Of a stretch of DNA of 35,941 bases, positions 1 to 14,681 are shown piece by piece. The DNA lies in the NCBI GenBank assembly GCA_032718475.1, contig JAUCBJ010004486.1, forward strand, positions 1 through 35,941, in the 5' to 3' direction. This DNA is from Nemertoderma westbladi (Eukaryota > Animalia > Xenacoelomorpha). The translations under genes were made by a program, and so were the position numbers. How positions within the stretch are numbered: position 1 is the stretch's first letter; every line of letters begins with the position of its first letter. The notes under the pieces were generated by a model that saw only the letters and a list, made by a program, of their open reading frames with translations, was not told where the DNA came from and ran no database searches.

Positions 1-3000
1 GTCCCAGACCCAACAACACCACACTACCTCCTTGGTTGCCGTACCTCCGTTAGTGATCCCAGACCCAACAACACCACACTACCTCCTTGGTTGCCGTACC
101 TCCGTTAGTGATCCCAGACCCAACAACACCACACTACCTCCTTGGTTGCCGTACCTCCGTTAGTTGGTCCCAGACCCAACAACACCACACTACCTCCTTG
201 GTTGCCCTACCTCCGTTGTTGGTCCCAGACCCAACAACACCACACTACCTCCTTGGTTGCCCTACCTCCGTTGGTGGTCCCAGACCCAACAACACCACAC
301 TACCTCCTTGGTTGCCGTACCTCCGTTGTTGGTCCCAGACCCAACAACACCACACTACCTCCTTGGTTGCCCGTACCTCCGTTAGTGATCCCAGACCCAA
401 CAACACCACACTACCTCCTTGGTTGCCGTACCTCCGTTGTTGGTCCCAGAACCAACAACACCACACTACCTCCTTGGTTGCCCTACCTCCGTTGTTGGTC
501 CCAGACCCAACAACACCACACTACCTCCTTGGTTGCCGTACCTCCGTTAGTGATCCCAGACCCAACAACACCACACTACCTCCTTGGTTGCCGTACCTCC
601 GTTAGTGATCCCGGACCCAACAACACCACACTACCTCCTTGGTTGCCGTACCTCCGTTAGTGATCCCAGACCCAACAACACCACACTACCTCCTTGGTGG
701 CCCTACCTCCGTTGTTGGTCCCAGACCCAACAACACCACACTACCTCCTTGGTTGCCGTACCTCCGTTAGTTGGTCCCAGACCCAACAACACCACACTAC
801 CTCCTTGGTTGCCGTACCTCCGTTGGTGGTCCCAGACCCAACAACACCACACTACCTCCTTGGTTGCCGTACCTCCGTTAGTGATCCCAGACCCAACAAC
901 ACCACACTACCTCCTTGGTTGCCGTACCTCCGTTGTTGGTCCCAGACCCAACAACACCACACTACCTCCTTGGTTGCCCGTACCTCCGTTAGTGATCCCA
1001 GACCCAACAACACCACACTACCTCCTTGGTTGCCGTACCTCCGTTGGTGGTCCCAGACCCAACAACACCACACTACCTCCTTGGTTGCCGTACCTCCGTT
1101 AGTGATCCCAGACCCAACAACACCACACTACCTCCTTGGTTGCCGTACCTCCGTTGTTGGTCCCAGACCCAACAACACCACACTACCTCCTTGGTTGCCG
1201 TACCTCCGTTGTGGTCCCAGACCCAACAACACCACACTACCTCCTTGGTTGCCGTACCTCCGTTGTTGGTCCCAGACCCAACAACACCACACTACCTCCT
1301 TGGTTGCCGTACCTCCGTTAGTGATCCCAGACCCAACAACACCACACTACCTCCTTGGTTGCCGTACCTCCGTTGTTGGTCCCAGACCCAACAACACCAC
1401 ACTACCTCCTTGGTTGCCGTACCTCCGTTGTTGGTCCCGGACCCAACAACACCACACTACCTCCTTGGTTGCCGTACCTCCGTTAGTGATCCCAGACCCA
1501 ACAACACCACACTACCTCCTTGGTTGCCGTACCTCCGTTAGTGATCCCAGACCCAACAACACCACACTACCTCCTTGGTTGCCGTACCTCCGTTAGTGAT
1601 CCCAGACCCAACAACACCACACTACCTCCTTGGTTGCCGTACCTCCGTTGTTGGTCCCAGACCCAACAACACCACACTACCTCCTTGGTTGCCCTACCTC
1701 CGTTGTTGGTCCCAGACCCAACAACACCACACTACCTCCTTGGTTGCCGTACCTCCGTTAATGATCCCGGACCCAACAACACCACACTACCTCCTTGGTT
1801 GCCCTACCTCCGTTGGTGGTCCCAGGCCCAACAACACCACACTACCTCCTTGGTTGCCCTACCTCCGTTGTTGGTCCCAGACCCAACAACACCACACTAC
1901 CTCCTTGGTTGCCGTACCTCCGTTAATGATCCCGGACCCAACAACACCACACTACCTCCTTGGTTGCCCTACCTCCGTTGTTGGTCCCAGGCCCAACAAC
2001 ACCACACTACCTCCTTGGTTGCCGTACCTCCGTTGTTGGTCCCAGGCCCAACAACACCACACTACCTCCTTGGTTGCCGTACCTCCGTTAATGATCCCGG
2101 ACCCAACAACACCACACTACCTCCTTGGTTGCCCTACCTCCGTTGGTGGTCCCAGACCCAACAACACCACACTACCTCCTTGGTTGCCGTACCTCCGTTG
2201 TTGGTCCCAGACCCAACAACACCACACTACCTCCTTGGTTGCCGTACCTCCGTTGTTGGTCCCAGACCCAACAACACCACACTACCTCCTTGGTTGCCCT
2301 ACCTCCGTTGTTGGTCCCAGACCCAACAACACCACACTACCTCCTTGGTTGCCGTACCTCCGTTAGTGATCCCAGACCCAACAACACCACACTACCTCCT
2401 TGGTTGCCGTACCTCCGTTGTTGGTCCCGGACCCAACAACACCACACTACCTCCTTGGTTGCCGTACCTCCGTTGTTGGTCCCAGACCCAACAACACCAC
2501 ACTACCTCCTTGGTTGCCGTACCTCCGTTAGTGATCCCAGACCCAACAACACCACACTACCTCCTTGGTTGCCGTACCTCCGTTAGTGATCCCAGACCCA
2601 ACAACACCACACTACCTCCTTGGTTGCCGTACCTCCGTTGTTGGTCCCGGACCCAACAACACCACACTACCTCCTTGGTTGCCGTACCTCCGTTGGTGGT
2701 CCCAGACCCAACAACACCACACTACCTCCTTGGTTGCCGTACCTCCGTTGTTGGTCCCAGACCCAACAACACCACACTACCTCCTTGGTTGCCGTACCTC
2801 CGTTGTTGGTCCCGGACCCAACAACACCACACTACCTCCTTGGTTGCCGTACCTCCGTTGTTGGTCCCAGGCCCAACAACACCACACTACCTCCTTGGTT
2901 GCCGTACCTCCGTTAATGATCCCGGACCCAACAACACCACACTACCTCCTTGGTTGCCCTACCTCCGTTGTTGGTCTCAGACCCAACAACACCACACTAC

Positions 3001-6000
3001 CTCCTTGGTTGGCCTACCTCCGTTGTTGGTCCCAGACCCAACAACACCACACTACCTCCTTGGTTGCCGTACCTCCGTTAGTGATCCCAGACCCAACAAC
3101 ACCACACTACCTCCTTGGTTGCCGTACCTCCGTTGTTGGTCCCAGACCCAACAACACCACACTACCTCCTTGGTTGCCGTACCTCCGTTGTTGGTCCCAG
3201 GCCCAACAACACCACACTACCTCCTTGGTTGCCGTACCTCCGTTAATGATCCCGGACCCAACAACACCACACTACCTCCTTGGTTGCCCTACCTCCGTTG
3301 TTGGTCCTAGGCCCAACAACACCACACTACCTCCTTGGTTGCCCTACCTCCGTTGTTGGTCCCAGACCCAACAACACCACACTACCTCCTTGGTTGCCGT
3401 ACCTCCGTTGTTGGTCCCAGGCCCAACAACACCACACTACCTCCTTGGTTGCCGTACCTCCGTTAATGATCCCGGACCCAACAACACCACACTACCTCCT
3501 TGGTTGCCGTACCTCCGTTAATGATCCCGGACCCAACAACACCACACTACCTCCTTGGTTGCCCTACCTCCGTTGTTGGTCTCAGACCCAACAACACCAC
3601 ACTACCTCCTTGGTTGGCCTACCTCCGTTGTTGGTCCCAGACCCAACAACACCACACTACCTCCTTGGTTGCCGTACCTCCGTTAGTGATCCCAGACCCA
3701 ACAACACCACACTACCTCCTTGGTTGCCGTACCTCCGTTGTTGGTCCCAGACCCAACAACACCACACTACCTCCTTGGTTGCCGTACCTCCGTTGTTGGT
3801 CCCAGGCCCAACAACACCACACTACCTCCTTGGTTGCCGTACCTCCGTTAATGATCCCGGACCCAACAACACCACACTACCTCCTTGGTTGCCCTACCTC
3901 CGTTGTTGGTCCTAGGCCCAACAACACCACACTACCTCCTTGGTTGCCCTACCTCCGTTGTTGGTCCTAGGCCCAACAACACCACACTACCTCCTTGGTT
4001 GCCCTACCTCCGTTGTTGGTCCTAGGCCCAACAACACCACACTACCTCCTTGGTTGCCCTACCTCCGTTGTTGGTCCCAGATCCAACAACACCACACTAC
4101 CTCCTTGGTTGCCGTACCTCCGTTGTTGGTCCCAGGCCCAACAAAACCACACTACCTCCTTGGTTGCCGTACCTCCGTTGTTGGTCCCAGACCCAACAAC
4201 ACCACACTACCTCCTTGGTTGCCGTACCTCCGTTGTTGGTCCCAGACCCAACAACACCACACTACCTCCTTGGTTGCCGTACCTCCGTTGTTGGTCCCAG
4301 ACCCGACAACACCACACTACCTCCTTGGTTGCCGTACCTCCGTTGTTGGTCCCAGACCCAACAACACCACACTACCTCCTTGGTTGCCGTACCTCCGTTG
4401 TTGGTCCCAGACCCAACAACACCACACTACCTCCTTGGTTGCCGTACCTCCGTTGTTGGTCCCAGACCCAACAACACCACACTACCTCCTTGGTTGCCGT
4501 ACCTCCGTTGTTGGTCCCAGACCCAACAACACCACACTACCTCCTTGGTTGCCGTACCTCCGTTGTTGGTCCCAGACCCAACAACACCACACTACCTCCT
4601 TGGTTGCCGTACCTCCGTTGTTGGTCCCAGACCCAACAACACCACACTACCTCCTTGGTTGCCGTACCTCCGTTGTTGGTCCCAGACCCAACAACACCAC
4701 ACTACCTCCTTGGTTGCCGTACCTCCGTTGTTGGTCCCAGACCCAACAACACCACACTACCTCCTTGGTTGCCGTACCTCCGTTGTTGGTCCCGGACCCA
4801 ACAACACCACACTACCTCCTTGGTTGCCGTACCTCCGTTGTTGGTCCCGGACCCAACAACACCACACTACCTCCTTGGTTGCCCTACCTCCGTTGTTGGT
4901 CCTAGGCCCAACAACACCACACTACCTCCTTGGTTGCCCGACCTCCGTTGTTGGTCCCAGACCCAACAACACCACACTACCTCCTTGGTTGCCCTACCTC
5001 CGTTGTTGGTCCTAGGCCCAACAACACCACACTACCTCCTTGGTTGCCCGACCTCCGTTGTTGGTCCCAGACCCAACAACACCACACTACCTCCTTGGTT
5101 GCCCTACCTCCGTTGTTGGTCCCAGACCCAACAACACCACACTACCTCCTTGGTTGCCGTACCTCCGTTGTTGGTCCTAGGCCCAACAAAACCACACTAC
5201 CTCCTTGGTTGCCCTACCTCCGTTAGTGATCCCGGACCCAACAACACCACACTACCTCCTTGGTTGCCGTACCTCCGTTAGTGATCCCGGACCCAACAAC
5301 ACCACACTACCTCCTTGGTTGCCGTACCTCCGTTGTTGGTCCCAGACCCAACAACACCACACTACCTCCTTGGTTGCCCTACCTCCGTTAGTGATCCCGG
5401 ACCCAACAACACCACACTACCTCCTTGGTTGCCGTACCTCCGTTGTTGGTCCCAGACCCAACAACACCACACTACCTCCTTGGTTGCCGTACCTCCGTTG
5501 TTGGTCCTAGGCCCAACAAAACCACACTACCTCCTTGGTTGCCCTACCTCCGATAGTGATCCCGGACCCAACAACACCACACTACCTCCTTGGTTGCCCT
5601 ACCTCCGTTGTTGGTCCCAGACCCAACAACACCACACTACCTCCTTGGTTGCCGTACCTCCGTTGGTGGTCCCAGACCCAACAACACCACACTACCTCCT
5701 TGGTTGCCGTACCTCCATTAGTGATCCCAGACCCAACAACACCACACTACCTCCTTGGTTGCCGTACCTCCGTTGTTGGTCCCAGACCCAACAACACCAC
5801 ACTACCTCCTTGGTTGCCGTACCTCCGTTGTTGGTCCCAGACCCAACAACACCACACTACCTCCTTGGTTGCCCTACCTCCGTTGTTGGTCCTAGGCCCA
5901 ACAACACCACACTACCTCCTTGGTTGCCGTACCTCCGTTAGTGATCCCGGACCCAACAACACCACACTACCTCCTTGGTTGCCGTACCTCCGTTGTTGGT

Positions 6001-9000
6001 CCCAGACCCAACAACACCACACTACCTCCTTGGTTGCCCTACCTCCGATAGTGATCCCAGACCCAACAACACCACACTACCTCCTTGGTTGCCGTACCTC
6101 CGTTGTTGGTCCCAGACCCAACAACACCACACTACCTCCTTGGTTGCCGTACCTCCGTTGTTGGTCCCAGACCCAACAACACCACACTACCTCCTTGGTT
6201 GCCCTACCTCCGTTGTTGGTCCTAGGCCCAACAAAACAACACTACCTCCTTGGTTGCCCTACCTCCGATAGTGATCCCGGACCCAACAACACCACACTAC
6301 CTCCTTGGTTGCCGTACCTCCGTTGTTGGTCCCAGACCCAACAACACCACACTACCTCCTTGGTTGCCCTACCTCCGTTGTTGGTCCCAGACCCAACAAC
6401 ACCACACTACCTCCTTGGTTGCCCTACCTCCGATAGTGATCCCGGACCCAACAACACCACACTACCTCCTTGGTTGCCGTACCTCCGTTGTTGGTCCCAG
6501 ACCCAACAACACCACACTACCTCCTTGGTTGCCCTACCTCCGATAGTGATCCCGGACCCAACAACACCACACTACCTCCTTGGTTGCCGTACCTCCGCTA
6601 GTGATCCCGGACCCAACAACACCACACTACCTCCTTGGTTGCCCTACCTCCGTTGGTGGTCCCAGATCCAACAACACCACACTACCTCCTTGGTTGCCCT
6701 ACCTCCGATAGTGATCCCGGACCCAACAACACCACACTACCTCCTTGGTTGCCGTACCTCCGTTGTTGGTCCCAGACCCAACAACACCACACTACCTCCT
6801 TGGTTGCCCTACCTCCGTTGTTGGTCCCAGACCCAACAACACCACACTACCTCCTTGGTTGCCGTACCTCCATTAGTGATCCCAGACCCAACAACACCAC
6901 ACTACCTCCTTGGTTGCCGTACCTCCGTTGTTGGTCCCAGACCCAACAACACCACACTACCTCCTTGGTTGCCCTACCTCCGTTGTTGGTCCCAGACCCA
7001 ACAACACCACACTACCTCCTTGGTTGCCGTACCTCCGTTGGTGGTCCCAGACCCAACAACACCACACTACCTCCTTGGTTGCCGTACCTCCATTAGTGAT
7101 CCCAGACCCAACAACACCACACTACCTCCTTGGTTGCCGTACCTCCGTTGTTGGTCCCAGACCCAACAACACCACACTACCTCCTTGGTTGCCCTACCTC
7201 CGTTGTTGGTCCCAGACCCAACAACACCACACTACCTCCTTGGTTGGCCTACCTCCGTTGTTGGTCCCAGACCCAACAACACCACACTACCTCCTTGGTT
7301 GGCCTACCTCCGTTGTTGGTCCCAGACCCAACAACACCACACTACCTCCTTGGTTGCCGTACCTCCGTTGTTGGTCCCAGACCCAACAACACCACACTAC
7401 CTCCTTGGTTGCCGTACCTCCGTTGGTGGTCCCAGACCCAACAACACCACACTACCTCCTTGGTTGCCGTACCTCCGTTGGTGGTCCCAGACCCAACAAC
7501 ACCACACTACCTCCTTGGTTGCCGTACCTCCGTTGGTGGTCCCAGACCCAACAACACCACACTACCTCCTTGGTTGCCGTACCTCCGTTGTTGGTCCCAG
7601 ACCCAACAACACCACACTACCTCCTTGGTTGCCGTACCTCCGTTGTTGGTCCCAGACCCAACAACACCACACTACCTCCTTGGTTGGCCTACCTCCGTTG
7701 TTGGTCCCAGACCCAACAACACCACACTACCTCCTTGGTTGCCGTACCTCCGTTGTTGGTCCCAGACCCAACAACACCACACTACCTCCTTGGTTGGCCT
7801 ACCTCCGTTGTTGGTCCCAGACCCAACAACACCACACTACCTCCTTGGTTGACCTACCTCCGTTGTTGGTCCCAGACCCAACAACACCACACTACCTCCT
7901 TGGTTGCCGTACCACCGTTGTTGGTCCCAGACCCAACAACACCACACTACCTCCTTGGTTGCCGTACCTCCGTTGTTGGTCCCAGACCCAACAAAACCAC
8001 ACTGCCTCCTTGGTTGCCGTACCTCCGTTGTTGGTCCCAGACCCAACAACACCACACTACCTCCTTGGTTGCCCTACCTCCGTTGTTGGTCCCAGACCCA
8101 ACAACACCACACTACCTCCTTGGTTGCCCTACCTCCGTTGTTGGTCCCAGATCCAACAACACCACACTACCTCCTTGGTTGCCGTACCTCCGTTGTTGGT
8201 CCCAGACCCAACAACACCACACTACCTCCTTGGTTGCCGTACCTCCGTTGTTGGTCCCGGACCCAACAACACCACACTACCTCCTTGGTTGCCGTACCTC
8301 CGTTGTTGGTCCCGGACCCAACAACACCACACTACCTCCTTGGTTGCCGTACCTCCGTTGTTGGTCCCGGACCCAACAACACCACACTACCTCCTTGGTT
8401 GCCGTACCTCCGTTGTTGGTCCCGGACCCAACAACACCACACTACCTCCTTGGTTGCCGTACCTCCGTTGTTGGTCCCGGACCCAACAACACCACACTAC
8501 CTCCTTGGTTGCCGTACCTCCGTTGTTGGTCCCGGACCCAACAACACCACACTACCTCCTTGGTTGCCGTACCTCCGTTGTTGGTCCCAGACCCAACAAC
8601 ACCACACTACCTCCTTGGTTGCCCTACCTCCGTTGTTGGTCCCAGACCCAACAACACCACACTACCTCCTTGGTTGGCCTACCTCCGTTGTTGGTCCCAG
8701 ACCCAACAACACCACACTACCTCCTTGGTTGCCGTACCACCGTTGTTGGTCCCAGACCCAACAACACCACACTACCTCCTTGGTTGCCGTACCTCCGTTG
8801 TTGGTCCCAGACCCAACAAAACCACACTACCTCCTTGGTTGCCGTACCTCCGTTGTTGGTCCCAGACCCAACAACACCACACTACCTCCTTGGTTGCCCT
8901 ACCTCCGTTGTTGGTCCCAGACCCAACAACACCACACTACCTCCTTGGTTGCCCTACCTCCGTTGTTGGTCCCAGATCCAACAACACCACACTACCTCCT

Positions 9001-12000
9001 TGGTTGCCGTACCTCCGTTGTTGGTCCCAGACCCAACAACACCACACTACCTCCTTGGTTGCCGTACCTCCGTTGTTGGTCCCGGACCCAACAACAACAC
9101 ACTACCTCCTTGGTTGCCGTACCTCCGTTGTTGGTCCCGGACCCAACAACACCACACTACCTCCTTGGTTGCCGTACCTCCGTTGTTGGTCCCGGACCCA
9201 ACAACACCACACTACCTCCTTGGTTGCCGTACCTCCGTTGTTGGTCCCGGACCCAACAACACCACACTACCTCCTTGGTTGCCGTACCTCCGTTGTTGGT
9301 CCCAGACCCAACAACACCACACTACCTCCTTGGTTGCCGTACCTCCGTTGTTGGTCCCGGACCCAACAACACCACACTACCTCCTTGGTTGCCGTACCTC
9401 CGTTGTTGGTCCCGGACCCAACAACACCACACTACCTCCTTGGTTGCCGTACCTCCGTTGTTGGTCCCGGACCCAACAACACCACACTACCTCCTTGGTT
9501 GCCGTACCTCCGTTGGTGGTCCCAGACCCAACAACACCACACTACCTCCTTGGTTGCCCTACCTCCGTTGTTGGTCCCGGACCCAACAACACCACACTAC
9601 CTCCTTGGTTGCCGTACCTCCGTTGTTGATCCCAGACCCAACAACACCACACTACCTCCTTGGTTGCCGTACCTCCGTTGTTGATCCCAGACCCAACAAC
9701 ACCACACTACCTCCTTGGTTGCCGTACCTCCGTTGTTGGTCCCGGACCCAACAACACCACACTACCTCCTTGGTTGCCGTACCTCCGTTGTTGGTCCCGG
9801 ACCCAACAACACCACACTACCTCCTTGGTTGCCCTACCTCCGTTGTTGGTCCCGGACCCAACAACACCACACTACCTCCTTGGTTGCCGTACCTCCGTTG
9901 TTGGTCCCGGACCCAACAACACCACACTACCTCCTTGGTTGCCGTACCTCCGTTGTTGGTCCCGGACCCAACAACACCACACTACCTCCTTGGTTGCCGT
10001 ACCTCCGTTGTTGGTCCCGGACCCAACAACACCACACTACCTCCTTGGTTGCCGTACCTCCGTTGTTGGTCCCGGACCCAACAACACCACACTACCTCCT
10101 TGGTTGCCGTACCTCCGTTGTTGGTCCCGGACCCAACAACACCACACTACCTCCTTGGTTGCCCTACCTCCGTTGTTGGTCCCGGACCCAACAACACCAC
10201 ACTACCTCCTTGGTTGCCGTACCTCCGTTGTTGATCCCAGACCCAACAACACCACACTACCTCCTTGGTTGCCGTACCTCCGTTGTTGATCCCAGACCCA
10301 ACAACACCACACTACCTCCTTGGTTGCCGTACCTCCGTTGTTGATCCCAGACCCAACAACACCACACTACCTCCTTGGTTGCCGTACCTCCGTTGTTGAT
10401 CCCAGACCCAACAACACCACACTACCTCCTTGGTTGCCGTACCTCCGTTGTTGGTCCCGGACCCAACAACACCACACTACCTCCTTGGTTGCCGTACCTC
10501 CGTTGTTGATCCCAGACCCAACAACACCACACTACCTCCTTGGTTGCCGTACCTCCGTTGTTGGTCCCAGACCCAACAACACCACACTACCTCCTTGGTT
10601 GCCCTACCTCCGTTGTTGGTCCCAGACCCAACAACACCACACTACCTCCTTGGTTGCCGTACCTCCGTTGTTGGTCCTAGGCCCAACAACACCACACTAC
10701 CTCCTTGGTTGCCGTACCTCCGTTGTTGGTCCCGGACCCAACAACACCACACTACCTCCTTGGTTGCCCTACCTCCGTTGTTGGTCCCAGGCCCAACAAA
10801 ACCACACTACCTCCTTGGTTGCCGTACCTCCGTTGTTGGTCCCAGACCCAACAACACCACACTACCTCCTTGGTTGCCGTACCTCCGTTGTTGGTCCTAG
10901 GCCCAACAACACCACACTACCTCCTTGGTTGCCGTACCTCCGTTGGTGGTCCCAGACCCAACAACACCACACTACCTCCTTGGTTGCCGTACCTCCGTTG
11001 TTGGTCCCAGACCCAACAACACCACACTACCTCCTTGGTTGCCCTACCTCCGTTGTTGGTCCCGGACCCAACAACACCACACTACCTCCTTGGTTGCCGT
11101 ACCTCCGTTAGTGATCACGGACCCAACAACACCACACTACCTCCTTGGTTGCCGTACCTCCGTTGTTGGTCCCAGATCCAACAACACCACACTACCTCCT
11201 TGGTTGCCGTACCTCCGTTGTTGGTCCCAGACCCAACAACACCACACTACCTCCTTGGTTGCCGTACCTCCGCTAGTGATCCCGGACCCAACAACACCAC
11301 ACTACCTCCTTGGTTGCCCTACCTCCGATAGTGATCCCGGACCCAACAACACCACACTACCTCCTTGGTTGCCGTACCTCCGTTGTTGGTCCCAGATCCA
11401 ACAACACCACACTACCTCCTTGGTTGCCCTACCTCCGATAGTGATCCCGGACCCAACAACACCACACTACCTCCTTGGTTGCCGTACCTCCATTGTTGGT
11501 CCCGGACCCAACAACACCACACTACCTCCTTGGTTGCCGTACCTCCGTTGTTGGTCCCGGACCCAACAACACCACACTACCTCCTTGGTTGCCCTGCCTC
11601 CGATAGTGATCCCGGACCCAACAACACCACACTACCTCCTTGGTTGGCCTACCTCCGTTGTTGGTCCCAGACCCAACAACACGAAACTACCTCCTTGGTT
11701 GCCGTACCTCCGTTGTTGGTCCCAGATCCAACAACACCACACTACCTCCTTGGTTGCCCTAACTCCGTTGTTGGTCCCGGACCCAACAACACCACACTAC
11801 CTCCTTGGTTGCCGTACCTCCGCTAGTGATCCCGGACCCAACAACACCACACTACCTCCTTGGTTGCCGTACCTCCGTTAGTGGTCCCGGACCCAACAAC
11901 ACCACACTACCTCCTTGGTTGCCGTACCTCCGTTAGTGGTCCCGGACCCAACAACACGAAACTACCTCCTTGGTTGCCATACCTCCGTTGTTGGTCCCGG

Positions 12001-14681
12001 ACCCAACAACACCACACTACCTCCTTGGTTGCCGTACCTCCGCTAGTGATCCCGGACCCAACAACACCACACTACCTCCTTGGTTGCCGTACCTCCGTTA
12101 GTGGTCCCGGACCCAACAACACCACACTACCTCCTTGGTTGCCATACCTCCGTTGTTGGTCCCGGACCCAACAACACCACACTACCTCCTTGGTTGCCGT
12201 ACCTCCGCTAGTGATCCCGGACCCAACAACACCACACTACCTCCTTGGTTGCCCTACCTCCGTTGTTGGTCCCGGACCCAACAACACCACACTACCTCCT
12301 TGGTTGCCGTACCTCCGCTAGTGATCCCGGACCCAACAACACCACACTACCTCCTTGGTTGCCCTACCTCCGATAGTGATCCCGGACCCAACAACACCAC
12401 ACTACCTCCTTGGTTGCCCTACCTCCGTTGTTGGTCCCAGACCCAACAACACCACACTACCTCCTTGGTTGCCGTACCTCCGTTGTTGGTCCCAGACCCA
12501 ACAACACCACACTACCTCCTTGGTTGGCCTACCTCCGTTGTTGGTCCCAGACCCAACAACACCACACTACCTCCTTGGTTGCCGTACCTCCGTTAGTGAT
12601 CCCGGACCCAACAACACCACACTACCTCCTTGGTTGCCGTACCTCCGCTAGTGATCCCGGACCCAACAACACCACACTACCTCCTTGGTTGCCCGACCTC
12701 CGTTGTTGGTCCCGGACCCAACAACACCACACTACCTCCTTGGTTGCCGTACCTCCGTTGTTGGTCCCGGACCCAACAACACCACACTACCTCCTTGGTT
12801 GGCCTACCTCCGTTGTTGGTCCCAGACCCAACAACACCACACTACCTCCTTGGTTGCCGTACCTCCGTTAGTGATCCCGGACCCAACAACACCACACTAC
12901 CTCCTTGGTTGCCGTACCTCCGCTAGTGATCCCGGACCCAACAACACCACACTACCTCCTTGGTTGCCCGACCTCCGTTGTTGGTCCCAGACCCAACAAC
13001 ACCATACTACCTCCTTGGTTGCCCTACCTCCGTTGTTGGTCCCGGACCCAACAACACCACACTACCTCCTTGGTTGCCGTACCTCCGTTGTTGGTCCCGG
13101 ACCCAACAACACCACACTACCTCCTTGGTTGGCCTACCTCCGTTGTTGGTCCCAGACCCAACAACACCACACTACCTCCTTGGTTGCCGTACCTCCGTTA
13201 GTGATCCCGGACCCAACAACACCACACTACCTCCTTGGTTGCCGTACCTCCGCTAGTGATCCCGGACCCAACAACACCACACTACCTCCTTGGTTGCCCG
13301 ACCTCCGTTGTTGGTCCCGGACCCAACAACACCACACTACCTCCTTGGTTGCCGTACCTCCGTTGTTGGTCCCGGACCCAACAACACCACACTACCTCCT
13401 TGGTTGGCCTACCTCCGTTGTTGGTCCCAGACCCAACAACACCACACTACCTCCTTGGTTGCCGTACCTCCGTTAGTGATCCCGGACCCAACAACACCAC
13501 ACTACCTCCTTGGTTGCCGTACCTCCGCTAGTGATCCCGGACCCAACAACACCACACTACCTCCTTGGTTGCCCGACCTCCGTTGTTGGTCCCAGACCCA
13601 ACAACACCATACTACCTCCTTGGTTGCCCTACCTCCGTTGTTGGTCCCGGACCCAACAACACCACACTACCTCCTTGGTTGCCGTACCTCCGTTGTTGGT
13701 CCCGGACCCAACAACACCACACTACCTCCTTGGTTGGCCTACCTCCGTTGTTGGTCCCAGACCCAACAACACCACACTACCTCCTTGGTTGCCGTACCTC
13801 CGTTAGTGATCCCGGACCCAACAACACCACACTACCTCCTTGGTTGCCGTACCTCCGCTAGTGATCCCGGACCCAACAACACCACACTACCTCCTTGGTT
13901 GCCCGACCTCCGTTGTTGGTCCCAGACCCAACAACACCATACTACCTCCTTGGTTGCCCTACCTCCGTTGTTGGTCCCGGACCCAACAACACCACACTAC
14001 CTCCTTGGTTGCCGTACCTCCGTTAGTGATCCCGGACCCAACAACACCACACTACCTCCTTGGTTGCCGTACCTCCGCTAGTGATCCCGGGCCCAACAAC
14101 ACCACACTACCTCCTTGGTTGCCCGACCTCCGTTGTTGGTCCCAGACCCAACAACACCATACTACCTCCTTGGTTGCCCTACCTCCGTTGTTGGTCCCGG
14201 ACCCAACAACACCACACTACCTCCTTGGTTGCCGTACCTCCGCTAGTGATCCCGGACCCAACAACACCACACTACCTCCTTGGTTGCCGTACCTCCGTTA
14301 GTGGTCCCGGACCCAACAACACCACACTACCTCCTTGGTTGCCATACCTCCGTTGTTGGTCCCGGACCCAACAACACCACACTACCTCCTTGGTTGCCGT
14401 ACCTCCGCTAGTGATCCCGGACCCAACAACACCACACTACCTCCTTGGTTGGCCTACCTCCGTTGTTGGTCCCAGACCCAACAACACCACACTACCTCCT
14501 TGGTTGCCGTACCTCCGTTGGTGGTCCCAGACCCAACAACACCACACTACCTCCTTGGTTGCCGTACCTCCGCTAGTGATCCCGGACCCAACAACACCAC
14601 ACTACTTACCTCCTTGGTTGCCGTACCTCCGTTGTTGGTCCCGGACCCAACAACACCACACTACCTCCTTGGTTGCCGTAC
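1..14681. repeat. 55-bp tandem satellite, left arm (~267 units, continues past the window edge)
   Basis: Unit GTTGTTGGTCCCAGACCCAACAACACCACACTACCTCCTTGGTTGCCGTACCTCC repeated head to tail. A few recurring variants: GTTGTTGGT/GTTAGTGAT, CCCAGA/CCCGGA, GCCGTA/GCCCTA. Confidence 0.99.

Noticed and set aside
1-1215. One-base indel monomers (GTTAGTTGG, GCCCGTA, GTTGTGG)
   Set aside because: Confined to the window edge and partly look like hybrids of two variants; probably consensus or assembly error.
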